Source: the human T2T-CHM13v2.0 reference genome, Homo sapiens. From it: DNA of 64,000 nt. Every line of letters starts with the position of its first letter. Position 1 is the stretch's first letter. A program made the position numbers and the translations under genes. Below, in pieces: positions 31,825-46,649 of the stretch. The notes beneath the pieces were generated by a model that was given only the letters and a program-made list of their open reading frames with translations, did no database searches and was not told the DNA's origin. The DNA lies in NCBI RefSeq assembly GCF_009914755.1, contig NC_060947.1. One strand, 5' to 3'.

Positions 31825-32580
31825 GTGGTGATTAGGGAAATGCAAATCACAACCACAGTGAAGCACCACTTCGTCCCCACTGAGATGGCTAAAATCTAAA
31901 ATGGAAAATAACAAGTGTTGGCAAGGATGTGATGAAACTGGAATGTTTGTACAGTGCTGGTGGGAGTCTAAAATGGTACAGCCACTGTGAACAAATGCTT
32001 TGGTGGATCCTCCAAAAGTTAAATACAGGATTACTCTATGAACCAGCAATTCCACTCCTAGGTATGTACTCCAAATAATTGAAAACACGGGTTCCAAGAA
32101 AAATGTGTACACAAATGTTCAGAGCAGCACTATTCATTATAGCTAAAAGATAGAAATAACTCACATGTTAATCAGTGGAAGGAATGGATAAACAAAATGT
32201 GGTCCATTCACACAATGGAATATTATTTAGCCTTGAAGAGGAATGAAGCACTGAAAATTGCTACAAAGTGGTTGAGCCTCAAAAACATTTTGCAAAGAGA
32301 AAGAAGCCAGACACAAATGATCACATAATGTATATTTTTATGAAGATGAAATTTCAAGAATAGGTGAATCCCTAGAACCAGAAGCAATGTCGTGACTGCC
32401 AGGGGCTGGAGGGGAAAGAGAGAGTGACTGCTTGATAAATTCCAGGTTTCTTTTTGGGGGAACGAAAGCATTCTGGAAGTACACAGAGGTGATGGCTGCA
32501 CAACACTGTGAATATTCTAAATGCCCCTGAATTATTCACTTTTAAATGGTTAATTATATGTAAATTTGACTTCAATTTAT
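31825..32580 (+). mobile_element. L1MB-type ORF2 end plus 3' UTR fragment
   Basis: ATTAGGGAAATGCAAATCACAACCACAGTGA...CCAGCAATTCCACTCCTAGGTAT...CACTTTTAAATGGTTAA. Confidence 0.85.
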
Positions 32581-32583
32581 TTA

Positions 32584-32955
<372 letters not shown>

Positions 32956-33041
32956 TCACGCCTGTAATCCCAGCACTTTGGGAGGCCAAGGCGGGTGGAT
33001 CACAAGGTCAGGAGATCGAGACCATCCTGGCTAACACGGTA

Positions 33042-33598
33042 TGTTGTACCTGAGCGAGTTAGAAAAACGCCACACTTTGAGACAAATTAAGAGTCCTTTA
33101 TAAGCCAGCGACCGAGAGACGGCTAATGCTTAATAGTCTCTCGGTCCTGAGGAAGGGGCTTGATTAACTTTTAGATCTTGGTTTAGGAAGGGGAGGGCTG
33201 GGGGTCTAGTGAAAACCATTTTACAGAAGTAAAGTAGGCAAAAAGTTAAAAGGATAAATGGTTGCAGGAAAGTAAACAGTTCCAGGTGCAGGGGCTTTAA
33301 GACTATTACAAGGTGATAGACGCGGGGCTTTGGGCGTTACTAATCAGACGAATTCCCGGGAACTGCGGATGTAGCTCGCCACCGTATCTTATCAGTTAAC
33401 TGCATTCTTGGATGTGCTGGGAGTCAGCCTGCACGAGTTCAGTCCTTGAGGAAGGGGCTGCCAGTGAAAGAGCCAAGGTGGAGTCTGGCGGGCTCTCTTA
33501 GCTAAGGGAGAGTCCATTCAGGTGGAAAGAAGGCTAGGTGAGTAGAGGAAAAGGGAGAGTCTAAAAACAGGTTAGTAAAAACCAGGTTGGGCATTACA
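33042..33598 (-). mobile_element. LTR6B-type (HERV-S71 group) solo LTR inserted into an AluY-like element
   Basis: The Alu is broken at CTAACACGGT and resumes at GGTGAAACCCCG. The insert is 557 bp, reads TGTAATGCCCAACC...GGTACAACA on the minus strand and has a 4-bp TSD ggta/ggtg. Confidence 0.85.
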
Positions 33599-34423
33599 GG
33601 TGAAACCCCGTCTCTACTAAAAAATACAAAAAAAATTTGCCAGGCATGGTGGCGGGCGCCTGTAGTCTCAGCTACTTGGGAGGCTGAGGCAGGAGAATGG
33701 CGTGAACCCGGGAGGCAGAGCTTGCAGTGAGCCGAGATCTCCCACTGCACTCCAGCCTGGGCGACAGAGCGAGACTCCGTCTCAACAACAACAACAACAA
33801 AAAGAAATAACTCCCAGACTTCCAGCAGACTCCTTGACTGCCATGAGAGATGTCAGGAAGTCAATGGACGGGTGTTTATAGGTTGTTCAGGAAATGTTCA
33901 CTATCAAGCAAGAATTGAAAATGCAGCTAAATTGCTGTTGGAGAGTGATGATAGCATAAAGATTTCCAACAAGAAGCTCTGCAAATTTTGCTGAAAAATC
34001 TTCCAAATGATGCTCTGCCATAAGAAGAAATTCACACCCTGAATAGCACAGCAGGATGCGAATAGCAATGCCAGCCAAAGACATTGCAAACAAGCCGGTA
34101 AAACTAAGTGTTTGTTAGCTGTTTAAAAAAATAATAATAACTGGTGTTAACAACAAAGTGAAACTTAACTTCTGAAGATGAGGCTACCTTCACAGAGAGG
34201 ATAAGAAAGGAAGAACTGAGTAAAAGTAGTTAGATATTGCTGGATTTTGACATTTTAAGGTTAAGTGTTCCTGCTAAAAATAAAAATTGAACATATAACT
34301 CCTGAACTAGTGGATGAAAATGAAGAATGAAGAATAAAATTAAATACAAAAAAAATGAAGAGTAAAATTAAATACCAAAATTAGCCAAGTGTTGTGGTGA
34401 ATGCCTGTAGTCCCAGCTACTCA

Positions 34424-34642
<219 letters not shown>

Positions 34643-36444
34643 TTATGTTAGATGTTCAGTGATTTAATAAATCTGTAAAAAGACGGAGATGAGATGATGC
34701 AATTTAAAATGTTTCGGCTGGGCGCGGTGGCTCACGCCTGTAATCCCAGCACTGTGGGAGGCCGAGGCGGGTGGATCACGAGGTCAGGAGATCGAGACCA
34801 TCCTGGCTAACACGGTGAAACCCCATCTCTACTAAAAATACAAATAAAATGTTTCATGCTATTTACGAGAGAAGCATTTGCAACAAAATGCCAAAGAGAA
34901 GGTGAAAATAGCTGGAAAAAAAATGCGCAAAGCAAATAACCAATAGAAAGAAAGCCAAGTTGGGCTAGCAAAATCAGACAAAATAACCTTCGAGGTGCAA
35001 ACAACTTTGAGGCCCAAATAGAGGTTCTTCCCACTAAAAGAATGATTCCCTGAATGATAATGGAATCTTGACCCAGCCTGCACCTCAGGTTAAGTTAAAA
35101 GTGGAAATTTAAAGATCTAAGTGTGAGATTTTAAAAAGCATTTCCCCAGAAATACCAGGATCTGTAGATGGAAATGTTATTAAGAATAAAGATGTGGAGC
35201 TGGGCGTGGTGGCTCACGCCTGTAATCCCAGAACTTTGGGAGGCTGAGACTGGCTGATTTCTTGAGCCCAGGAGTTTGAGACTAGCCTGGACAACATAGT
35301 GAGACCCCATCTTTACAAAAAAATTAAAAAAAATTAGTGGACATGGTGGCATGCACCTCTAGTCCCAGTTACTCAGGAGGCTGAGGTGGGAGGATCACCT
35401 GTGCCCAGGCTGAGGCTGCAGTGAGCCATGATCACGCCACTGCACTCCAGCCTGCATGACAGAGCAAGACCCTGTCTCAAAAGAAAAGAAAAAAAAAGAA
35501 GAAAGAAATGAAAACCGTAGCTCAGAGACAGAGAAACTGAGCAATGCATAGGTTCAGAAGGGTTTGAAACAGACTGAATTGTGTCTTGGCATATGAGAGA
35601 GGTCGCAGCTATAAAACAATGAGAGAAGAAACCAAATTCCACATAGGCAGGACTGAGACAATTGGCTGTTCTTGTGGATGATACGTGATCAAATCTCAAC
35701 CTCATGCGATACTTTTTTTTTTTTTTTGAGATGGAGTCTCGCTCTGTCACCCAGGCTGCAGTGCAGTGGTGTGATCTCACCTCCCCGCAAACTTCTCCTC
35801 CCGGGTTCAAGTAATTCTCGTGCCTCAGCTGGGACTACAGGCATGTGCCACCACGCCTGGCTAATTTTTGCATTTTTTTAGTAGAGACGGGGTTTCACCA
35901 AGTTGGCCAGGCTGGTCTCGAACTCCTGACCTCAGGTGATCTGTCCACCTCGGTGTCCCAAAGTGCTGGGATTACAGGTGTGAACCACCACACCCAGCCT
36001 CATGTAATACTTAAAAATGAACTACAGGTGGATTACAAACCTGAATATAAAAGAAAACTTTTTTTTTTGAAAAATAGAGGGAAATGTCTTATAACCTCAG
36101 AGTTAGGAGGTTTTTCTTAGATACAATACAAAAAGCATAACCACGCCCATAGTCCCAGCTACTCAGGAGGCTGAGGCATAAGAATCACTTGAGCTCGAGA
36201 GGTGGAGGTTGCGGTGAGCCGAGATCCTGCCATTGCACTCCAGCTGAGGCTACAGAGTGAGAGTATAAAAAAAAAAAAAAAAAGCATAACCTTTAAAAAT
36301 GGGTTAGCCTATGTCTACATTTAAATAATAATAATAATAATAATGTTCCAACTTCAGGCTCTGAAAAAAGTCAAAAGATGAGCTGTCAACTAGAAGAGGC
36401 TCCTTACTGCTCATACCACCAGGGAAAGTTTAATATGCAAAATG

Positions 36445-37081
<637 letters not shown>

Positions 37082-37663
37082 TGTATAGATAGCTCCTACC
37101 AAAACAGACGGATGGTGAAAAAAAGAAAAGAAAAGAAAAGAAAAAGAAAATGGAGGAGAGAGACTATGAGGCGACTAAAAGAAGAGGGATATGATCATTC
37201 CATTCGCTGACAAGAAAAATTCAAAGAGGGAATTATGCAATTGACCAGCTGATGTGTGTTAGAAATGCTCAGGGTCACACATATTCATTGAAAGCCAATT
37301 TAAGCCACTATTTAAATTTAAACCGATTTAAACAATTGGGCTTTTTTTTTTTTTTCTAAAAAAAAAAAAAAAGTCAATTAGGCCAGGCGAGGTGGCTCAC
37401 ACCTGTCATCCCGGCACTTTGGGAGGCCGAGGTGGGTGGATCACAAGGTCAGGAGTTTGAGACCAGCCTGGCCAACATGGTGAAACCCTGTTTCTACTAA
37501 AAATACAAAAGTTAGCTGGGCATGGTGGTGTGTGCCTGAGGCTGTGAGACTGAGGCAGGAGAATCACTTGAACCCAGGAGGCGGAGGTTGCAGGGAGCGG
37601 AGATCATGCCACTGCACTCCAGCTTGGGCGACAGACCAAGACTCTGTCTCAAAAAAAAAAAAA

Positions 37664-37953
37664 GAAGTATATTGGTTCCGTCTGGAAAGGTGGAGCACTT
37701 GAAGCAAAGGCAGGAAGACTGGAAGCAGGGAGAGGGTTTTCAGGTCACAAACAGGTGAGAGACAAAACAGTTGCCTTCTTTTGAGTTTCTGATTAGCCTT
37801 TCCAAAGGAGGCGATCAGATACGAATCTGCCTCAGGGAGCAGAAGGGGGACTTTGAATAGAATGGGAGGCAGGTTGGCCCTAAGCAGTTCCCAGCTGGAC
37901 TTTTCCCTTTAGCTTAGTGACTTGGGGGTCCCGAGATTTATGTTCCCTTCACA
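37664..37953 (-). mobile_element. MER4-type ERV1 LTR fragment
   Basis: Ends GACTTTTCCCTTTAGCTTAGTGA...CCCTTCACA and is homologous to 41809-42516. Confidence 0.7.
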
Positions 37954-37991
37954 GTGTATGAGTGAGAGCACTTGGAAACTGAGAGTGGAAG

Positions 37992-38625
37992 TGTCGCAGG
38001 CCAGGTCTCACTAACACAGGCCCCCACAACACCTGTTTCAGTATTGACTGAGTGGTTAAATATTAAAAGCCAGTGCTGTTATACAAAGGCTGGAATGTAA
38101 CAAAAGCCCACCGAGAGTTTTTCCCAGGACTTTCCAGGGCCTTAAAGCATGACAAAATAATGAATGAATTCTTAACAGGACCCATTTAGGATTAAACAAG
38201 TTTTACTGGGGGTCTGCAGAAACTCCCCAGGCCTCCACAAACAAGTTTATTGGGGCTTTGAAGGAACTCTGCAAACCTCCTGGATTTAGCAGGAGACAAC
38301 ATGAGGGTAATCACCCCGGCACCTGGACCCATTAGATTAAGTCAATTTACTGAGGCTCCTGAGGAAGATCCTCAGGACTCAGACCTTAGTTATAGATTAA
38401 AAGAAGTTAATCACTTATGTCTTTAGATAAATGCACACACATATATCCACATAGCTTGGAAGGTATATAAGCTCTGGAAAACTATAATTTTGAGTTAGTC
38501 TGGTGATAATTTCCAGGCCTTCTCCCTGTAACAGTTTGCAGAAATAAAAACTCTCTTCCTCCCCAGTTCATCGGTGTTTCATTATTGGGCTGTGAGAAAT
38601 AGCAACCCAGTTGGGTCCGGGAACA
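37992..38625 (+). mobile_element. PABL (pseudoautosomal boundary-like) ERV1 solo LTR containing the PAR1 boundary
   Basis: TG...CA ends with a perfect 4-bp TSD GAAG (37988-37991 and 38626-38629) and AATAAA near 38543. The start resembles the PABL consensus, and it lies between XG exons 3 and 4. Confidence 0.85.
38390..38420. other. Approximate PAR1 / X-specific boundary (empty site of the Y-specific Alu)
   Basis: The boundary is known to lie in XG intron 3, about 0.6 kb before exon 4. A canonical L1-endonuclease target TT|AAAA is at 38397-38402 and has no Alu, as expected for X. Confidence 0.7.
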
Positions 38626-38996
38626 GAAGGTTTGGTGTTATCTTCATCACAGGCACTGGACTGTCGGTAAATTTATTCCATGACAATTCTTCCTAGGTTT
38701 CTTTTTTATATTACTTGCTTCCATCATGGCAGACAGCTACACTGGCTTCTTGCCATGAAAACGAACTTCTAGTAACAAAACGGAAACCTTTTTTTTTAAG
38801 TTTCAGGTTTCAAGGTTTTACTTCTATCTGCAAAGTGATTTTTAACCAGACAATGGCAATCTATAAACACACCGTGGGCAGCAAATCAGAACAAACTGCA
38901 AGGTCGATAGTCACGCTGATGAGCTTGTTTCTGCAGCCTGCTCCTAAGGGAAGGACAATTTTCTTTTCTAACAGTGCAATGTTGTTTCCTCCACAG

Positions 38997-39059
38997 ATAT
39001 CTACCCAAAGCCAAAACCACCTTACTACCCACAGCCCGAGAATCCCAACAGCGGTGGAA
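38997..39059 (+). CDS. XG: XG exon 4 (63 nt; DIYPKPKPPYYPQPENPNSGG-N), first X-specific exon
   Basis: Acceptor ccacag|AT, donor GGAA|gtaaga, in frame. Confidence 0.96.
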
Positions 39060-39282
39060 GTAAGAATCCGCAGGCCTGAAACTCTTTCTCAGTCTGGTTT
39101 GATGATGTTTGCCTTTTTATTTACTAGCAGGTTTAGCCTGGTTGCATTTGAAATATGTGTGTAATAGCTCCCTTACTGGGAATGTAGTTTCTTTCCTCAC
39201 TGGGGGGAGCAAGAAAGTCCAACGGACAGAAACAATCTTATTTTCCCTTTGCTTTGACATCTAGAAACCACTAAGGTGTACT

Positions 39283-40011
39283 TGTAACCACCCAACTGGT
39301 TCACTTTGTTGGCTGCCTAGACAGAGCTGATTTATCAAGATAGGGGAACTGCAATGGAGAAAGAGTAATTCACGCAGAGCCGGCTCTAAGGGAGGCTAGA
39401 GTTTTATTATTAATCATTCAGTCTCTGGAACATCTGGGGATCAGGGTTGTTAAGGATAAGTTGGCAGGTAGGGGCTTGGGAAGTGGGGAGTGCTGACTGG
39501 TCAGGTTGGAAAGGGAACCATAGGGGGTTGAAGTGAGGTTTTCTTGCTGTTTTCTGTTCCTGGGTGGATGGCGGACCTGGTTGAGCCAGATTACCGGGCT
39601 GAGTGGTGTCAGCTGATCCATCCAGTGCAGAGGCTGCAAAATATCTCAAGCACCGATCTTAGGTTTTACAATAGTGATGTTACCCCCAGGAGAAACTTGG
39701 GGAGGTTCAGACTCTTGCAGCCAGAGGCTGCACGAGCCCTAAAGTGTAATTTCTAATCTTGTAGCTAATTTTTTGGTCCTGCAAAGGCAGACTGGTTCCC
39801 AGGCAAGAAGGGGGTCTTTTTGGGAAAGGGGCATTCTTAATTTTGTTTCAGAGTGAAACCACGAACTGAATTCGTTCCCAAGGCTAGTTTGGCTCACACC
39901 CAGGAAAGAACAAGGACAGCTTAAAGGTTAGAAGCAAGATGGAGTTGGTTAGGTCTGACCTCCTTCACTGTCATCATTTCCTCAGTCATAATTTTTGCAA
40001 AGGCCGTTTGA
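39283..40011 (-). mobile_element. LTR8-type ERV1 solo LTR, about 220 bp after exon 4
   Basis: TGTAACCACCCAA...TTTTGCAAAGGCCGTTTGA with TSD TACT on both sides. Confidence 0.82.
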
Positions 40012-41367
40012 TACTCAAAGGACACTTTGCATTATCATCACAGAAAGCTAATCAGGCTGAGAGACAAGTCCTTTTTCTCACTTGTTTTCAGTGCTCCAAA
40101 TACCTTTGGCTTAACCATTCCCAAACCCCCACGTGTGCTGTGCACTTTATGTGTTTTAGAGTTGGTTTCTCCATTTTTTCTAACATTTGGCAGACAGTTT
40201 TTTTCCACAGATTTATTACACTCATCATTGAAAAATATGCAATTCAAAAAAGAAAGAGAGTGAACGAGAGAGAGAAGAGTGGGGAGGGGGGTGGGCATGG
40301 AGAGAGAAAGAGAAAGAGAAAAGAAAGGGGAAAGAAGAAAGGAAAAGATAGATTCTGGCCATTAAAGTTATCAGCAGTTCAACAACCTTAAAAACTTAAA
40401 TGTTTGCCAGGCAGAGCAGCGTGAAGCTGGCTAAATCAAGAGGGGTTCTGGAAGCTTCCTGGTAGTTTGCTCTGGCTTTAAACTTTCACAGCTTAACAGC
40501 GTGTCCATTCATTGCAGACACGCACATCCAGATGGACAGAAATTATCTCCTCTTACAAGGAATCATTAAAAACAGAGACCAAGACCCAAGGGAGGTGACA
40601 CCCACTTGAAAAACTACACCTCAGGCCGGGCGTGGGGGCTCACGCCTGGAATCCCAGCACTTTGGGAGGCCGAGGCGGGCAGATCACCTGAAGTCAGGAG
40701 CTCGAGACCAGCCTGGCCAACATGGCGAAACCCTGTCTCTACCAAAAATACAAAAATTAGCTGGGCATGGTGGCATGCGCCTATAATCCCAGCTACTTGG
40801 GAGGCTAAGACACGAGAATTACTTGAATCCAGGAGAGGAAGGTTACAGTGAGCCAAGATTGTGCCACTGCACTCCAGCCGGGGAACAGAATGAGATTCTG
40901 TCTCGAAAAACCAAACCAAACCAAACCAAACCAAACAAAACAAAACCCCAAAACACCACCTCACCCTTAACTGCATTAGTTAAGCCAGCTAGTCTTTCTT
41001 TTTTCCCCCTCTTTCATGATGAAAATCCCAAATACCACCCACCTTTTTCTCCTGCTATTTCCTCCTAGTCTTTTAAAAACCATTGTCCTGCGGATCATGG
41101 CTATGTTGCAAGGCACTCATGGGAATTCCACAGGGAACGTGTTTCTTGCTGAAACATACTTGGGAAACGCCCAGTTAAACAGACTGCCGTGGGCTTCCCT
41201 CCCAGAGAATTCATCAGGACTTAAAATGTGTGGCTGGGCATGGTGGGTCACGTCTGTAATCCCAGTACTTTGGTAGACCGAGGCTGGTGGATCACCTGAG
41301 GTCAGGAGTTCAAGGCCAGCCTGGCCAACATGGTGAAACCCCATCTCTACTAAAAATACAAAAATTA

Positions 41368-41535
<168 letters not shown>

Positions 41536-41808
41536 TTAAAATGCGAGATCCTTTAAGATGGGCCATCTTCAGAGTGTGAACACTCAGCCCCTCCCACAGC
41601 AAAGTGATTCATGAACCCCAATAGGAGGAGGAGTGGGGGAAGAGAGGCTCAGGCTGGGGAGGTGACCCCCCATGACTCAAGCCTCAATCTCCTGATGCTT
41701 GTCCCAACAAAGAGGAGGCTTCCTTTCCGACTTTGGTTTTTCATGTTGTGCTTAAATCCAGCCACACTGATGCCTTTAACATGGCAGTCCTGAATTATTA
41801 ATCAATAC

Positions 41809-42516
41809 TGTGTGAATCCAAAATATCTGAGACAGGTCTCAATCAGTTTACAAAGTTTATTTTGCCAAGGTTAAGGACGTGCCCGTGACACAGCCTCAGG
41901 AGGTCCTGATGACAAGTGCTCAAAGTTGTCAGGACACAGCTTGGTTTTACACATTTTAGGGAGACAGGAGATATCAATCAATATGTATAAGAAGTACATT
42001 GGTTTGATCTGGAAATGCGGGACAACTGGAAGCAGGGGCTTCCAGGTCACAGGAAGATACGAGACAACTAGTTGCATTCTTCTAAGTCCTTGATCGGCCT
42101 TTTACTGAAAACTCAATTTACATGTGAGACAGGGCAAAGGAATAGTACTTATGCCTCAGTCTGGCCCAGTGAATCTGCATTTTTCATCAACAATAGGGCA
42201 GAGGAAGCAATCAGACATGCATTTGTCTCAGGGGAGCAGAGGGGATGACTTTCTGTCCCACACCTGTGAAGATGAGCTGTCGGTGTACATTGCCAGGGTG
42301 AAATTCCACAGAACTGTTTTAGGGTAAACAAAACAGTTTACTTTCCTCAGATTGTGAGGACAGTATGTAGCTTTTAAAAAACTTAAAAAATTTTTTTTTG
42401 TAGCTATCTTATTTAGAAAGAAAATGGGAGGCAGGTCTGACTAACTTTTTTTTTCCAGCTTGACTTTTCCCTTGGCTTAATGATTTTGGGGTCCCAAGAT
42501 TTATTTTCCTTTCACA
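41809..42516 (-). mobile_element. MER4-type ERV1 solo LTR
   Basis: AAAATATCTGAGACAGGTCTCAATCA...TTTGCCAAGGTTAAGGAC...TTTATTTTCCTTTCACA. Confidence 0.8.
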
Positions 42517-43065
42517 ATTGAACGTCAGAACATGGAGTATTTAACACAGGAAATGAGCAAATTTAACGTACACACCCAAGGAAAAGGAAAAATGAAGCTG
42601 GTTGGAAGTTAATTATGGATAGTGTGGTATATGAGCAGAAATTCCCCTTAACCAGTGTTCTTGCCCAGGCTAGCCCAAATGAGCCCAGGCTAGCCTAGAT
42701 TCCCAAGTGTGTATCTTGAGAACGAGGAAGAGCCCTAGAAAACAATGTGTAACGTCCCTCCAAGATGGGGTGTTCTGGAACAATCCCTCAGACAACGAAG
42801 GCAATTGTTGATGGGCAACATTGGGAAGACCCCAGAGATGGAATGTCCTAGGCCTTTCCATGTTCTCTTTCTCATTCTCCCTCCATTGACTTGATAGGTG
42901 GCTGGGGGATTTATAAGTATTTACCACACACCAGCCAGCTTTCTCCGGATGGCTCCAGGCATGCTTGGAGCCCAGTGGTCTCTTTCCCTTAGAATTTGAT
43001 CTGGAGGAACCCAAAATTCTCTCTGTGTCCTTTGAAATTCAGCACATTTTTCTTGGCTTCCATGA

Positions 43066-43446
<381 letters not shown>

Positions 43447-43561
43447 TGATCTGCCCGCCTTGGCCTCCCAAAATGCTGGGATTACAGGTGTGAGCCACTG
43501 TGCCTGTCCCCATGTTGTCTTGAAAGTAACAAGACAGGCACGGATTCTTTTTGATGCAAGC

Positions 43562-44295
43562 TGTTATGGGATGAATTATGTCTCCCCGCAAATTCATAGG
43601 ATGAAGTCCTAACCCCCAGTTTCCTCAGAATGTGACTGTCTTTGGAGATGGGGCCTTTAAGAAGGAGATTAATGTAAAATGAGGTCACTAGGGTGGGTCC
43701 GGATCCAACAGGACTAGTATCCTAATAAGAAGAGATGAGGACTTAGACACACACAGAGGAAAGATTATATGAAGACACAGGGAGAAGACGGCATCTACAA
43801 GCCCAGGAGAGAGGCCTTAGGAGGAACCAGCCCAGACCATATCTTGATCTCACACTCCCAGCCTCCAGGACTGTGGGAGAATCAATGTCCGTTGTTTATA
43901 AGCCACCCAGTCTATGGTGTTCTGTGACAGCAACCTGAAATGGACTAAGACACCTCATAAGAAGGGGAGATGAGGACGCAGACACACACAGAGGGACAAT
44001 CCTGTGAGGACACAGGGAGAAGATGGCATCTGCAAGCCCAGGAGAGAGGCCTCAGGAGGAATCAGCCCAGCCCACACCTGGATCTCAGACTTCCAGCCTC
44101 CAGGACTGTGGGAGAATCAATGTCTGTTGTTTATAAGCCACCCAGTCTTTGGTATTCTGTGATAGCAGCCTGAAATGGACTAAGACATCTCATAAGAAGA
44201 GGAGATGAGGACACAGACACACACAGAGGGACGACCCTGTGAGGACACAGGGAGAAGATGGTGTCTACAAGCCAAGGAGAGAGGCCTCAGGAGTA
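43562..44295 (+). mobile_element. MLT1B-type LTR with about 235-bp tandem units
   Basis: Starts TGTTATGGGATGAATTATGTC, with unit junctions GGACTAAGACA|(C/T)CTCATAAGAAG at about 43952 and 44187. Confidence 0.85.
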
Positions 44296-44385
44296 AGCCC
44301 AGGAATCAATGCAGTTGGAGGTTCTGTGTGTGAATGGAGGAGGGAAGCTCACAGATGAAGGCGTATTGAGGGAGGACTGACCTTA

Positions 44386-44911
<526 letters not shown>

Positions 44912-45393
44912 CTATACTCAGGAGGCTGAGGTAGGAGGATCACTTGAGCCCAGGAGGTGGAGGCTGCAGTGAGCTATGATTCACCACTGCACTCCAGCCT
45001 GGGCAACAGAGCAACACCCTGTCTCAAGAGAGAGAGAAAGGGAAAGAGAGAGAGACTATTTTGAGAAGTGAAAAACCAGTCATTCTCAGCCCAGATTTCC
45101 AGTGTTCTGAGACGTCTGTCCTGAGGAAGGACTTTGAGAACAGCATCCTTGCCTTTTTTGTGAATTAAAGTAATTTCACTCTTGAGCCAATGTGGATAAG
45201 CACTTGACAGGTACTGGCAGTGCCAGGTACCAGGAATATAGAATGGGTACAGAAAATAAAGTTTCTAGTCCAGCGACAAAAAGGTGCTGAAGATACAGAC
45301 TCATGTCGTGCAAAGAGCTTGCACTGATTATTTCATTTCGGCTTCTTGAATAGGGTCAAAGGACATTTAAGCTGAGACAGGAGGGACGAGCTA

Positions 45394-45795
<402 letters not shown>

Positions 45796-46586
45796 TTAAA
45801 AAAAAAAAGTCCTAGGGCAGAAAGCTCATGGTAAACTTGAGGAACATGCAAAAGTCATTGCAAAAAGTTTTAAGAAATTCAAATGAAGCCAGGCTCAGTG
45901 TGGCTAATGCCTATGATGATTCCAGCTCTTTGGGAAGGCAAGACAGGACGATTGCTTAAGAGCAGGAATTTGAGACCAACCTGGGCAACATAGCAAGACC
46001 TTGTCTCTACACAAATTTTAAAAATTAGCCAACTATGGTGGTACGCACCTGTAGACTGAGCTACATGGGTGGCTGAGGTGGGAGGATTGTTTGAGCCTAG
46101 GAACTCGAGGCTGCGGGGAGCTATGATTGCACCACTGCACTGCAGCCTGGGCAACAGAGCAAGACTCTGTCTCAAAACAACAACAACACAAATTCAAATG
46201 AAACGGTGTAACTCAAGCAAGATGGAAATACAACACACTATCAAAAGGTCAGATGTTTCATCCTAACATTTATAGAAGTGACTGACTTCTGTAAATGGTG
46301 CTGGCATCTGTAGTAGCCCTAAACAGGGAAAGGTCAACAACGCACTTTCTGCCCTGTTAATTTCAGAGAGCCCTGGACTTCTTGCGAAAGCACCAGTGGT
46401 GTAAGTTTTTGTTTTTTCATTGTAAGCTCTGAGGTGGTATTATGAATATTGTCTACATGATTAATAAGCTCCGTAAAAGCAATGGGCAGTAACATCTTTT
46501 CTGTACTTTGGCATTCTTATTTATAGATGGTATCTACCTGAAAGATGTCATTATTTTTCTGAAATCATACTGTTGTTTTCCAACAG

Positions 46587-46649
46587 ATATCTACCCAAGG
46601 CCAAAGCCACGCCCTCAACCCCAGCCTGGCAATTCCGGCAACAGTGGAG
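46587..46649 (+). CDS. XG: XG exon 5 (63 nt; NIYPRPKPRPQPQPGNSGNSG-G)
   Basis: Acceptor caacag|AT, donor GGAG|gtaatg, in frame. The same peptide appears in ORF 46508-46753. Confidence 0.96.
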
